Shown: positions 12,420-25,457 of the stretch, one piece after another | How the letters are laid out: the number at the start of each line of letters is the position of its first letter | How positions within the stretch are numbered: position 1 is the first letter of the stretch | Assembly (NCBI RefSeq): GCF_001194135.2 | Contig: NC_068994.1 | Location: 56,657,691 to 56,714,540 of the forward strand | From: Octopus bimaculoides | Taxonomy: Eukaryota | DNA: 56,850 nt | Direction: 5' to 3' | Translations under genes and position numbers: made by a program | The notes under the pieces: generated by a model | Databases searched by the model: none | Told to the model about the DNA's origin: nothing | What the model saw: only the letters and a program-made list of their open reading frames with translations

Positions 12420-12708
12420 CTTTACTCTTTTACTTGTTTCAGTCATTTGACTGCAGCCATGCTGAAACACCACCTTTAGTCGAGCAAATCGATCCCAAGA
12501 CTTATTCTTTGTAAGTCTAGTACCTATTCTATCGAACTCTTTTGCCGAACCGCTAAGTTACGGGGACGCAAACACACCAGCATCGGTTGTCAAGCGATGT
12601 TTGGGGGACAAATACAGACACACAAACATACATACATATATACATACTTATATACGACGAGCTTCTTTCAGTTTCCGTCTACCAAATCCACTCAGAAGGC
12701 TTTGGTCG
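12420..12708 (-). mobile_element. SINE family B lacking its 5' head
   Basis: Reverse complement of the 27440-27730 portion of the near-complete copy. It stops abruptly at ggctttggtcg, where Tx1-like sequence begins. Confidence 0.9.
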
Positions 12709-13454
12709 CTTCCGGTTCGAGACAAGCTCTACAGGCATGGATGTGCTATCAGACGGACAGGTGAACGCAGATTGACGAAACCGTTCTACGCGCCCTCGTT
12801 CAATATCGGGGAATGGGTGACTTGTGGAGCTATGTTGAACAGGTGCTGTCACGTGTGGGACGGATCCGTCTGTCGGCCGAGTCTGTAGTGATGATTGCAC
12901 CACCATCCTCCTTCAATCGGGCAGGCAAGGCAGTTTTCTTTTGCCTGGCGAAAGAGGTTGTTTGGTGGACAAGGCTGAAAAGCATGAGGACAGACACATT
13001 CCTCTTTGGCAGAGTTCTCATTGACATTTTCAAGATTTACTTGGAAAGGAAATTGTGAGTGGAGAGGGAAGTGCTGTCTTTGAGTGAGTTTATTGAAAGG
13101 TGGATGAAAGTTGCGTAAATGGCAAGAATGGATGGTACTTCCCTAAGTGTAGAACTGTGAGTCGGAGAGAAAGAATTGGAGAGGACACTTGCCCATAGGG
13201 GTCTCAGGGAAATCTCGGACGGTGGGGTCCTCGATTATGCCTACAGGCCTTCCTGTACCAGGAGGGCCACATCTCTATCATCCTTTTCTTTTTTACCTTC
13301 GTATGCTATACATATGTCCCTTCTTTTCCCAGTGTATACCCTGTATATTTTTCTCATTTCATTATTATATGTAAACCCCCCACATTTTATGTCTGTTTCT
13401 CTATTGTCCCCCCTCATCCGTCGCTCTTGTGGCAAATAAATGAAATCATCATCA

Positions 13455-13528
<74 letters not shown>
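12709..13528 (+). mobile_element. 5'-truncated Tx1/L1-clade LINE: ORF2 C-terminus (zf-RVT-like), 3' UTR and (ATC)(ATT)n tail
   Basis: Frameshifted translation LPVRDKLYRHG...DETVLRALVQY-GDLWSYVEQVLSRVGR...AKEVVWWTRLK resembles the L1/Tx1 C-terminal LP..DKL/C..C/ET..HAL..C region. AATAAA lies at 13435-13440 and the microsatellite tail at 13446-13528. Confidence 0.8.
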
Positions 13529-13753
13529 TATCTAGAATATGTTACGCTGTATCATACAGCTTCTGATAATTTCTTCGCGTTGTTCTACCTCTCGCACCTC
13601 CACCCCACCCCGCCGTTCCTACCATCTCACCATTCCTCTCATTCACTTTCTTATTTCTTCCCTTTGCCTACACACAAACATACAAAGTTGCACACACAAA
13701 CACACACACACACACACACACAGATACACACATATATATACATACGTGCATGT

Positions 13754-13789
<36 letters not shown>

Positions 13790-13829
13790 AAAGTGTCCAT
13801 GTATACTATTCGATGTCTTTTATTTCTTA

Positions 13830-14164
13830 CACGTTTTATCATCATCATCATCATCATTGTCGTCGTCATCGTCGCCGCTGCAATCACCTTTTTCTTCACT
13901 ACCACCACCACCACCACCACCACCACCACCACAACCATCATCTACTTCTTCATCATCATCATCATCGCCTTCTTCTTCTTCTTCTTCTCCTCCTCTTTCT
14001 TCTTCTTCTTCTTCTTCTTCTTCTTCGCTTTCTCTTTCTTCTTCTTCCTCTTTTTCTTCTTCTCCTCTTTCTTCTTCCTCTTCTACATCTTCTCCTTCTC
14101 TTCCTTCAGCCATCACCCTATCTCCTTCATCTCCTCCTCCTCTTCCTCCAATGCCGTTCACTCT
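13830..14164. repeat. In-phase trinucleotide mosaic (CAT/CAC/CTT)n
   Basis: Direct reading. It explains the overlapping low-complexity ORFs at 13427-15156. Confidence 0.95.
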
Positions 14165-14732
14165 NNNNNNNNNNNNNNNNNNNNNNNNNNNNNNNNNNNN
14201 NNNNNNNNNNNNNNNNNNNNNNNNNNNNNNNNNNNNNNNNNNNNNNNNNNNNNNNNNNNNNNNNNNNNNNNNNNNNNNNNNNNNNNNNNNNNNNNNNNNN
14301 NNNNNNNNNNNNNNNNNNNNNNNNNNNNNNNNNNNNNNNNNNNNNNNNNNNNNNNNNNNNNNNNNNNNNNNNNNNNNNNNNNNNNNNNNNNNNNNNNNNN
14401 NNNNNNNNNNNNNNNNNNNNNNNNNNNNNNNNNNNNNNNNNNNNNNNNNNNNNNNNNNNNNNNNNNNNNNNNNNNNNNNNNNNNNNNNNNNNNNNNNNNN
14501 NNNNNNNNNNNNNNNNNNNNNNNNNNNNNNNNNNNNNNNNNNNNNNNNNNNNNNNNNNNNNNNNNNNNNNNNNNNNNNNNNNNNNNNNNNNNNNNNNNNN
14601 NNNNNNNNNNNNNNNNNNNNNNNNNNNNNNNNNNNNNNNNNNNNNNNNNNNNNNNNNNNNNNNNNNNNNNNNNNNNNNNNNNNNNNNNNNNNNNNNNNNN
14701 NNNNNNNNNNNNNNNNNNNNNNNNNNNNNNNN

Positions 14733-14781
<49 letters not shown>

Positions 14782-14965
14782 ATGTGTATATATATGTGTG
14801 TGTATATATTTTCACTTCACGAAGACATTCACTCACCGTTTTTCTGCGAACATTCTCTCAATTTCATTCCTTCGCAGTTACCCCACCACTACCACCACCA
14901 CCACCACCACCACAACGACTACTACTACTACTATTACTACTACTGCTGCAACTACTCGTACAGCG

Positions 14966-15031
<66 letters not shown>

Positions 15032-15371
15032 ATTGCTGTCTCTATCGTTTAACCCTTGTATTCTGCCAATCTAAGAAACCGTGCTCGCTCATTCAACAAA
15101 ATGCAACCTTTCCAAATCTCCACCCCCACCACCACCACAACCACTGTCGCCAATAACAACAACAACGATAATAGCATGAGAACTTCCATCACCACCGCCA
15201 ACAACACTACCACCATCATCTCCACTAACAATAAGACGAGTAAAACTACTACTACCACCGCCACCACCACCAACACCACCATCACCACTGCAATCACCAC
15301 CACCACCACCACCACCACTGCAATCACCACTATCACCATCACCATCACCACCATCAAACCACCACCATCAC

Positions 15372-15465
15372 CTCTTGTTTTTCGAGCACCTTCCGGAGTA
15401 TTCGGGCGATTGCAAGCAGTGCTGTTTTCTGCAAGTGCTCCACCCTTATTGCAGCCCCTAATTCA
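15372..15465 (-). mobile_element. Short relic of an R4/Dong-like (RLE-type) non-LTR element C-terminus
   Basis: Minus strand translates ELGAAIRVEHLQKTALLAIARILRKVLEK, resembling the LQK.ALLG.ARILRK.L terminal motif of R4/Dong-type ORFs. Confidence 0.55.
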
Positions 15466-15484
15466 GTGGGTTTCTGACTCGGCA

Positions 15485-16000
15485 CCGAGAAAAAGAAGCC
15501 GGTGCCGGCCAACTGCGTCGTTGGGATCTGGACGGACGGACCGGTTAAATTGCTCGGAGGTCCAGTTCGCTCCGGATCGCCAGATGGACAAGAACTGGCT
15601 CCAGGTAACGAGCAATGTGACTACTTTCACTCAGAAATGGGCCGAGTGGAAGTCAACCCTGAAAGATCGGGTAGATGTGCACACTGCGTGTCCGTCATCT
15701 GACCGTTGTGCCTTGTGCTAGTCCCTCACACCAACTGCTGTAGAGCGTATACTCTCATTGGTGTCTTGTGGTAGGGATGCGTTCCGGTGGCCAGGCAGTC
15801 CATCTGCTGTTAACATCTCCAGCGTGTTGGACAGGGCATGCCGTGGTTGGTGATGTCCAAACAAGCTCTGAGGCTACGACATCTCCACCGCTTTCTTGGT
15901 AGTCAATGCGTGTGGTTGCTGTTCGCCAGACGCGTCTTTTCTCAGCTTGTCTCTTTGATGGAGATGCAGTCCTGGATCAGGCGAAGACTGAGAGAAAGCG
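15485..16000 (+). mobile_element. Internal Tx1/L1-clade ORF2 relic (RT thumb and downstream)
   Basis: VGIWTDGPVKLLG / QFAPDRQMDKNWLQVTSNVTTFTQKWAEWKSTLKDRVDV / GQGMPWLVMSKQALRLRHLHRFL resembles the KLLG...NW...W..R.LSL.GR and GGLG.P motifs. It has several frameshifts and stops. Confidence 0.75.
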
Positions 16001-16980
16001 TTTGAAAATGGGACCATTACTTCCTTCTTTCATTTTTTCCCCCTTTAAATCTGCTTACATGCAAAACCCTCACACCAACTCACACATAAGAATATACACA
16101 CACGCTCTATGTTTTTTCCTCTGCCGTCCTTAATGTTTTTCTTAATGCAAACTATCTGTGGTTAATTATCATTATTATTATTCTGATCATCCTCCCTCTT
16201 CTTCTTCTCCTCCTCCTCATTCTTCTCCACCACCACCTTCTTCCTCTCATCTCCTCCAGCTCCTCCTCCTCTCCTTCCTCTTCTCCTTTACCACCACCAC
16301 AACCACCACCACTGCCTTCTTCTAGTTTGTATTACTAATATTCCGCCCCCACCCCAGATTTTCACATATATATTTCTTCCATTTCACTCGCATATTTTGT
16401 AATTAATATCAACATGTATCCTATATCCGTATGTGTTATTGGTGCGCCTGCGCGCGCGCGCGTGCGTGTTACTTAACTATAATGGATTTTCCTTTTCTTG
16501 TTTTGATTTCCTTTTCTCTTGTATTGCTTTATATTTTTGATACTTTTTCTAAACTGCTTCCAAGTAATTGAAACTTTGGATTTTCTTATATGTATGCATT
16601 TATATGCGTATGTATAATTGTGTATGAGTATGTATGTGTATATGTATGTGTAAGTATGTATGAATGCATATATATGTATGTGCCCGTGCGTATGAATGTA
16701 TATATGTATCTATATATGTATATATACATGTGTGCATGTTGTATGCATTTGTCTATGTATATAGATATGTGTGTGTGTATGTGTGTATGCGAGTGTGTGT
16801 GAGTGTGTGTGTGTGTGTGTGTGCTTTTTCTGTTTTAATTATTTAAATCCTTCCTCTTAGGAAGGGGTTGGTTTCTAACAAAGATACAAAGCTCCATCTT
16901 TGGAATGTAGATAACAAAAACGGGGTCACATTTTGAACTTGAGAAACGTCTTGCACACTTTTACTGTTCCACTTACAGAT

Positions 16981-17165
16981 TCTCTTTTACTCTTTTACTC
17001 TTTTACTTGTTTCAGTCATTTGACTGTGGCCATGCTGGAGCACCACCTTTAGTCGACCAAATCGACCGCAGGACTTATTCTTTGGAAGCCTAGTACTTAT
17101 TCTATCGGTCTCTTTTGCCGGGGACGTAAGCACACCAGCATCGGTTGTCAAGCGATGTTCGGGGT
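16981..17165 (-). mobile_element. SINE family B 3' half with (TCTTTTAC)n tail
   Basis: Closely matches 12420-12605 and 32045-32230. Confidence 0.9.
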
Positions 17166-17169
17166 GTCA

Positions 17170-17370
17170 CTCACGATCAGCGGATCGTGGGTTAGGTTAT
17201 GAAACCGATCGGTATTGTGTTCTTGAGCAAAACACTTCACTTCACTGTGGAATGTTGGGGTGGAATGTTGACCTGCTCGTCTAACCAATGGGGTGACATC
17301 ATTCAAAAGCTAAAACAATGCGAAGCGCATCGTGGCCAGCAATGTACAGCACCATCCGATAGTCTATTCA
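17170..17370 (+). mobile_element. Degenerate CORE-like SINE fragment
   Basis: gatcgtgggttaggtt...gtgttcttgagcaaaacacttcacttcac resembles the CORE motif gtgtccttgggcaagacacttaac. Confidence 0.5.
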
Positions 17371-17403
17371 ATAGCGTGATATACATTCATATATGCCTTC
17401 ATA

Positions 17404-17543
<140 letters not shown>

Positions 17544-18020
17544 CACACGTGGCATGAAGAATCGAAAGACTGTCGCAATGATGAGATTGGAATCAATTTG
17601 CAGAAGCGGTGGGAGGATTATATCGCTTCTGTGTGAAGAATTCAATTGATTTGGAATTGGTGATGCTGATGGTGAAGTTGATGGTGAAGTTGATGGTATT
17701 GATTGTACTGATGATGATGATACCGATGTTTTTTAATACATGTACGTATATACACACATGCACACGCTCAAGCACACACACACATACACACACATTTGTG
17801 TGTATGTATCTGTAATTGGTGATATTACATGCATAAAAATGATAACGAAGGAGATAATGAGATGTGAGATATGACAGATCGTTTTATTGTACCGTGTTAA
17901 AATTTAAAAATTTTAATTATGAATATCTATCTATATCCTGTATGTATATACACACCTAGGTTTATAGATATATATGCACTGAGACCTGCATGCAATTATG
18001 CATACGTATGAACTCACACA

Positions 18021-18152
<132 letters not shown>

Positions 18153-18277
18153 TGTTCGTGCTGTGCCTATCTGTTTCTCTGTTCATACATATATATCTGC
18201 GTACATACATAATTCATACATGCTTACATAGATATATAAATATATGTATGTTTGGATGCATGTATACACACACACAC

Positions 18278-18309
<32 letters not shown>

Positions 18310-18362
18310 GTGTGTGTCTGTGTATAAAACATTTTTATACACAGCGAGGAGACCTTTGCCAG

Positions 18363-18524
18363 GATTCCTTACATGCTAGGAAATGCAGTTAAAACTAAAA
18401 CCACGAAAAAAAAAAACAGAATTTTTTTGTTTGTTCTAGTGTTATAACAGTATGTCTCATGAATTCTTTTTTTTTTTTTTTCGTGGTCTGGGTTTTAACT
18501 GCCCTTTCTAGCAAGTAAGGAGTC
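18363..18524. repeat. Inverted repeat or MITE-like fold-back (arms ~62 bp, spacer ~36 bp)
   Basis: gattccttacatgctaggaaatgcagttaaaactaaaaccacgaaaaa...gaatt (18363-18424) pairs with gaattc...ttcgtggtctgggttttaactgccctttctagcaagtaaggagtc (18461-18524). Confidence 0.85.
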
Positions 18525-18529
18525 ATGTC

Positions 18530-19080
18530 AAAGGTCTCCACTCTGTGCGCGATTAGAACCGGAAAGTTTGTGAGGAACCCATTGACCCTATTTGCTGACT
18601 TTTCCGATGGCACGCATATGTCGATAAATGGTTGAATGACCAAATCCAGGCTTCTCTGCTAGTTCCTCAACAATTACGATAGATTTTGTTCCACCAGAGT
18701 TTGCAGGACGCCTTCGTCGAGCTCCACAGATCTTGCAGGACAAGGTCCGTCTTCTAGACTGTAGTTTCCGGTTCGGAATTTCTGGAACCACCGTTGACAC
18801 TGGCTTACGCTTATTGTCCAATTCCCATATACTGCATTAATATTCCTCATTCTCTCTGTTGCGTTGTTGCCGAATATGCTTCTTTGTCACTTCCATTATA
18901 GCTTTGAAAAAATAACTGTTAAAATCGAACTGCACTCTTCAAAAGTTGCACTAAGAATAAGCACAAGGTAAAATTACTACCTGCTTTTTCGCAAGCTGAT
19001 GCAGGTAGTTTATCCCGTCCCCCTCCGACTTTTAATTCATGCAATTTCAAAGACTGCATTATTTATGGGATGAAACAATA
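18530..19080 (-). mobile_element. Mariner (Tc1/mariner) transposon relic: 5' TIR and N-terminal HTH of transposase
   Basis: Minus strand reads VEELAEKPGFGHSTIYRHMRAIGKVSK*GQWVPHKLSGSNRAQRV, containing the mariner WVPH(E/K)L motif. A TIR-like tattgtttcatcccataaataatgc begins at 19080. Confidence 0.85.
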
Positions 19081-19537
19081 CGCATAGATATACATATGAT
19101 ATACACTCATGTGTATATCTTTGGAGCTCATGCATATAAAGTGCAAGTAAGGTACTTTGTACACCAGTCGTGACCATCACACCTTTTTTAATCGTATTTA
19201 GCACCGTATTATTTAATGTCTTCCATATTTTAGACGATAGAATGTAATTTAAGGCAGATCTGGCAGTTATTTATAGTAAGTTGAGAGACTATGCATTAAT
19301 GATGAGTTTGAAATGCAAAGAGAGAGAGAGGGAAGGAAAGAGACATTGAGATATGCAAATAGATAGAGGCAGGTAGGTAATTATATAAGTACATATATAA
19401 ACAGATAAGGTAGGCTAAGTGTAGGCAGGTTATCGAGTCGAGAGTTGGATAAAAGCGCCAGATAAATAATGCATGTGGGTGATGGAATCACTTGTATAGT
19501 TTCATAACACTTCCGATAGCTTGTGTGCGGTGTGTGT

Positions 19538-19576
<39 letters not shown>

Positions 19577-19683
19577 TACACACACACACACACACGCACA
19601 TATATATGTATGTATATATGTATGTATGTGTGTATACAAACACACACTCGCACATGCACAAGCACAACACACACATATGTAAA

Positions 19684-19743
<60 letters not shown>

Positions 19744-19806
19744 CACATATATATATATATATACATAAACACATCTTTTTATACACATACATGCGCCCAC
19801 ACATAC

Positions 19807-19841
<35 letters not shown>

Positions 19842-20285
19842 CGCACACATCATGCACGTACACGCACATATAAGAAGGCAAACACTCAAATGCGCACGTC
19901 CATTGTGTTGTGTGTTTGTGGTTTGCTGTATGCATTTCTAAGGTTTTCTGCAATGGATGGAAGATCTCGAAGAATAGAAAGTCATTGTTTACCATATCGT
20001 CGTCTTTGCATAATGCCTCTCACGGACATCCCATAAGTGCAAGCGCGTGGATTATTTTGGTAAAGGAACATTATCTGGAAGTGATGTTAAATTCCAGTAT
20101 ACGGAGAATTAGAATGAAGTAGATACAGCAGATAAATGGACTGGTGATTGAGTGTCACACACACACGCACACACACACACACACACACACAACACACACT
20201 TTCACACACACTCACACATACACGCACATACGCATCTACACCCAAATACACACACACACACGATAGCCATATGTATGTATATATA

Positions 20286-20340
<55 letters not shown>

Positions 20341-22021
20341 ATATATATATCTATGTCTATCTATCTATATATATTGAGCATTGAGTTGTATAAATACAAG
20401 CCTGTTACCAGTTCCAATATGTTTAAGGCATGTTCGAACGCGTAAGAGATACATTCACTGTATATATACATACACTACACACACACACACACACATATAT
20501 ATATACATAATCACATAGTCAACTATGCATTCATATACATTATGATACGTTTCGCCATAGCGTCACAAGTAACCAGTAGTTAGAACTCAATGCTTTAGAT
20601 TATAGCGTTTGGGAGTTGAAGAACGATATATTTATAAGAAAGTTAAATAATTAGTATGTATACTTATAAAGATACAGATGTGCTTACTTTATGAATATAT
20701 AAACTAGAAGATCATGCATGAACACCCATCTGATTTAACATAGATATACCTCAAGAGATAAAGAAGCATTTCATATTTATTCTTTTACATCTAAAAATTC
20801 GTCATTGACAGACGAAATAATTCGACGTTGTCACACAATATGGCTGACACGCCGCAAGCAAACCTCTTGCGACTTTTAGCATAGACGATACGTGTTTGAA
20901 AAGGTAAATGTTAGGTGAATTTGAAGCTGTAATTCCATGCAATTTCAAATAGCTTAGAGTTAGAAATGCCAAATGAATGCAGCTAGTTCCATCAAACTAT
21001 AGGCTGGGCCAAAAGTCATGAAATATGAAAATGCTGTTGGAGCAGCAGTTAGCAGTTAATGTCACCGGGTTATACTCACGGATCACAGTATGTAGTCAGG
21101 CTTCGTATAGCCACTTGCTTTAGTCAGAACAACATTAATCACAACGGCCATTAATACACCGTCCTAGCAACAACCTGTACACTGTAGTTTGACTTGCAAG
21201 AAAAATGGCAGCCAAATCTTCCTCTGTTTAACTTGCAAGAAAAATAACATAACCAAATCTTCCAATGTTGTTAAAAGAATGGGTATGCACTGATTATTGT
21301 TGTATGTGACAAAATCTGTGCATCGTTGGCTTATATGTGTGTGTGTGGGTGTGTGTGTGTGTGTGTGTAAGCTTGTGTGTGCGTCATGGTTTTGAGCAGC
21401 AGTGTGGCCTTCCCCTCAGCCCCATCTTAACGAATTGATAAACGTATATTTATTTATTTACATGCATATATTTATTTATGTGTGTGTGTATATGTGTGTG
21501 TGTGTATATCATGTGGGGAGATATATAACGTCTTGTTAGACACGCTAGCGTAAGGTTTGCATTAACATACGCACAAAAATATGTGTGTATAACTGAAATT
21601 AGATTAAATCAAACATTTTTTAAATTATGTTTACCGTTTCGTGAAATCTTAGACTGAACATGAAACACATGTTTACGTGTTTTAAAAATTAAATGTTTGT
21701 CAAGAGGGAGAAAACATATTATGAGTTTTCCTTCGATACGTTACACTGTTCTATCATAAGTTCTTCAAAGCTTTAGGAATTCTGGCCCCCGGGTTTTTAG
21801 ACCAGTGGATTTTTTTTGTCTCAGTATTTGCACGCTGTAATTTGTAGCTTTGTCTGCTTCGGTATGTATCGTTCCAGTTAGGTCATATTTCTTATTATGT
21901 CAATATTTTAGATTAATTATGTTATCGTAAATATTGTGATGAGGGTTCCTTAAAAGCAGAACCAATAGGAGAAGAAATGCTAGTTCTAAAATCTCTCCAA
22001 GTGATCAACGCAGTAGTTGTA

Positions 22022-22306
22022 CTAACAAGTAATGTTCGTAGCCACCTTAACATGGTTGTCCATTCGAAAGAGCTCTACTGCGATTTTTCTAACCCCAAGA
22101 AGACATCTCTTCTTGCTGGTTAACAACGCATAGATGCATCCGATAGAAGATGGTATGGTTTCGCACCCTTGCTTGCAATTTTATGGGATGCGGCGTTGCA
22201 TCGCTAACCAGCTAGAGGAGTTCTCCTCTTGGGGTTAAAAAACATTACAGTAGAGTCCGCTCGAACGGACAGCCATGTTAAAGTGGCTACGAATATCACT
22301 TGTCAG
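22022..22306. mobile_element. Palindromic MITE-like fold-back element (arms ~105-110 bp)
   Basis: caagtaatgttcgtagccaccttaacatggttgtccattcga...taaccccaagaagac...gctggttaa pairs with taaccagctagagg...cttggggttaa...tcgaacggacagccatgttaaagtggctacgaatatcacttg. Confidence 0.8.
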
Positions 22307-23050
22307 AGCTTATGGGATCTTTTTAAAGTGATTACATATTAATCAGAGAACGGAAAGCGATAGTCATTAGATTTTTTAGGGGTCTCTATGTTGATGAGAA
22401 GATAAGAACGGGGGCCAACATGCAACAAAGTGAACCCTGTAAAACGGACACAGGAATTAAGTGTTGTTGTTGTTGTTGTTGTTGTGTTGTTGTTGTGGTG
22501 GTGGGATAAATCCAGCAACGGATTAAGATTGTCTCAGGAATTCGTCGAACACTCTTTTCCCCAAGTTATTGACATCATGAGAATTTTACAAACTTTTGCG
22601 AGAACGGGAAATAATTCTTGATTGGAACAATGGATCTCGAAGCACATAAAGCTGGTAAATATTGGGTTTCAAACCTCTAAAAGTGTATGTGACGCCGAGG
22701 ACCATGAAAGAAGACATATGTCAAAGGTGAATGGAGTGGGACCGAACCCACAATGGTGTGATTGCAAAACACACTTCTTAAGCATAGGACCAATTATGAC
22801 CCATGCTCTTACCCCGAATTAGTCGGAAATCACCAACATGAGTACCGGAAAAAGGAAGTAAAATGATTTTGCAATCAACTCTTGACAGCGGCTGTAAAAC
22901 GAAAAACACGTAAAATATGAGAACAACAAAAATAAAACATGAACAAAAATAAAACACGCAATTCCCACTCGAGGAAGATGAATCAGATCAGATGCGATTT
23001 TAGCTTGTGTAAGGGCGATAAAATGACCAGAGTGTATAGATTAAGGGTTT

Positions 23051-23089
<39 letters not shown>

Positions 23090-23506
23090 NNNNNNNNNNN
23101 NNNNNNNNNNNNNNNNNNNNNNNNNNNNNNNNNNNNNNNNNNNNNNNNNNNNNNNNNNNNNNNNNNNNAAATGACCAGAGTGTATAGATTAAGGGTTTAT
23201 AGGAGAGAGAGAGAGAGAGACCGACAGACGGAGAAAGTGAGAGAGACAGACAGACAGACAGACGGAGAGTGAGACATGTGAAATGCCAAAGCGTCAACAA
23301 TGAGATGACTTGGGTTTGATTCTCACTGATTTGACCGTTTTTACTTAATTTCGGGTTTTCAAATAAATATAGCAGTAACTCTTTTAGAAATTAGTGTGAT
23401 TGTAACATAAAACCTTTCCACTGATTGAGATAATCTCTCTATCTATCTATATATCTATCTATCTATATGTCTGTCTGTCTGTCTGTCTACACACACGCAC
23501 ACACAC

Positions 23507-23557
<51 letters not shown>

Positions 23558-23829
23558 GAGATTCTTCCACGCTCGCGGTGTGTATGTGCATAAAACCTTC
23601 CTTTACACATTGCTTGCCACCAAGCCTAGTATGTGCGCTCAGACTACTTCTCTTATATTTATTCCAGCCCTTTTTCTCTCTATATGATTCTAAGCATGAT
23701 GAGAAAATTCAGCCAACCAACCAACCAACAATTTCTTTTATCAGCTATTCTTATATTTACTACAGGTTGATACAATATAATCTTAGATTATAGATAGACA
23801 TAATCTTGGAAGTAGATTTCTCTTGAGAT

Positions 23830-24400
23830 AAGTGGGAGAAGTTTAAGTACCTCGGAGCCATATTCTCAAGTGATAGGAAGCAGGTGGTTGAGTTGGATAC
23901 TAGTTTACTAACGCGCCAACTCGGGCATTCGATCCTGAGAAGGATAGGAGTAGATAAAAAATAAAATCAAGCTCGCTATCTTCAATTCGGTTTTTGTGCT
24001 CATCCTCGCCTAAGATGCAGAATGTTGGGTAATGACCGAAAGAATCAGAGCACGGATACAAGCGGCTGAGACAGGGTTTCTCTAAAGAGTGTGCGTAACC
24101 CGGAGATCGGGAGTTTGTCGAAGTCGAGCCGCAGCTTCTCCGCTGAGGAGTGACGGGTCTGGTATTACGAAAATGGGATTAGAATGTTGCAGGAAAGGTT
24201 CGCAAGACGGATTCTTCGAGTCGAACCTACCAGCAGGAAACCTAAATGTAAGCCAAGAAAGAGATGGTTGGACATAGTTTCAGGGTCAAGGTATCGCTGA
24301 AGAGTTTCAGGCCTAGTTTTTCAGGGTCAACACCACGGAACTTCACATCACTCTCGCTGACCACCTCCACACATTTCTCCACACCGAAATCAACATCAAT
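23830..24400 (+). mobile_element. RTE-clade (Expander/Rex3-like) LINE relic, RT C-terminal region
   Basis: EKFKYLGAIFSSDRKQ...ECWVMTERIRARIQAAETGFL...RMLQERFARRILRVEPTSRKPKCKPRKRWLD, with stops and frameshifts. Confidence 0.85.
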
Positions 24401-24466
24401 GGGAGGGTATAGGGACACTACGACCATACAGCCTGTTATGCATCCCATATATATATACATATTGTT

Positions 24467-24596
24467 TCACAACCACATGCTTCCGGGTTCAGTTCCACTG
24501 CGTGGTACCTTGGGCAATTGTCTTCTGCTATAGCCTCGGACCGACCAAAGCCGTGTGAATGGATTTAGTAGACGGACATTGAAAGAAGCCCGCAAC
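24467..24596 (+). mobile_element. SINE family B 5'/core fragment
   Basis: ccgggttcagttccactgcgtggtaccttgggcaattgtcttctgctatagcctcggaccgaccaaagcc matches 27388-27460. Confidence 0.9.
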
Positions 24597-25419
24597 ATAT
24601 ATAAATATCACCATGACAAAACCAATGTAATACCTCCTGCACAGCCATTCNNNNNNNNNNNNNNNNNNNNNNNNNNNNNNNNNNNNNNNNNNNNNNNNNN
24701 NNNNNNNNNNNNNNNNNNNNNNNNNNNNNNNNNNNNNNNNNNNNNNNNNNNNNNNNNNNNNNNNNNNNNNNNNNNNNNNNNNNNNNNNNNNNNNNNNNNN
24801 NNNNNNNNNNNNNNNNNNNNNNNNNNNNNNNNNNNNNNNNNNNNNNNNNNNNNNNNNNNNNNNNNNNNNNNNNNNNNNNNNNNNNNNNNNNNNNNNNNNN
24901 NNNNNNNNNNNNNNNNNNNNNNNNNNNNNNNNNNNNNNNNNNNNNNNNNNNNNNNNNNNNNNNNNNNNNNNNNNNNNNNNNNNNNNNNNNNNNNNNNNNN
25001 NNNNNNNNNNNNNNNNNNNNNNNNNNNNNNNNNNNNNNNNNNNNNNNNNNNNNNNNNNNNNNNNNNNNNNNNNNNNNNNNNNNNNNNNNNNNNNNNNNNN
25101 NNNNNNNNNNNNNNNNNNNNNNNNNNNNNNCACATACGTAAGCATACAGATATACACGGGTGCAGAATTAAGTGAATATATATATACATATATATATGTA
25201 CATGCGTGCACGAATACATCCATACATACATACATACATAGACACATCTTCTCACACAATATGCACACGCATGCAAGACGCGAACATACTCAAAAAGATG
25301 CATACAGACAAGCATCTGGACTGTTAGGTACACATAGACATGCATAATCATGCGTGTACACACACACATAACAATCAGACATTGTAAGCACGTGCATATA
25401 TAAAGAGATNNNNNNNNNN

Positions 25420-25457
<38 letters not shown>

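Noticed and set aside
15056-15721. 221-aa ORF, the longest gap-free entry with complex sequence
   Set aside because: It is a chance join of an (ACC)n mosaic, the antisense of an R4-like relic and part of a frameshifted Tx1 relic.
23021-23220. Repeated aaatgaccagagtgtatagattaagggtttatagg(ag)n
   Set aside because: Identical copies sit on both sides of an N gap, so this is an assembly echo.
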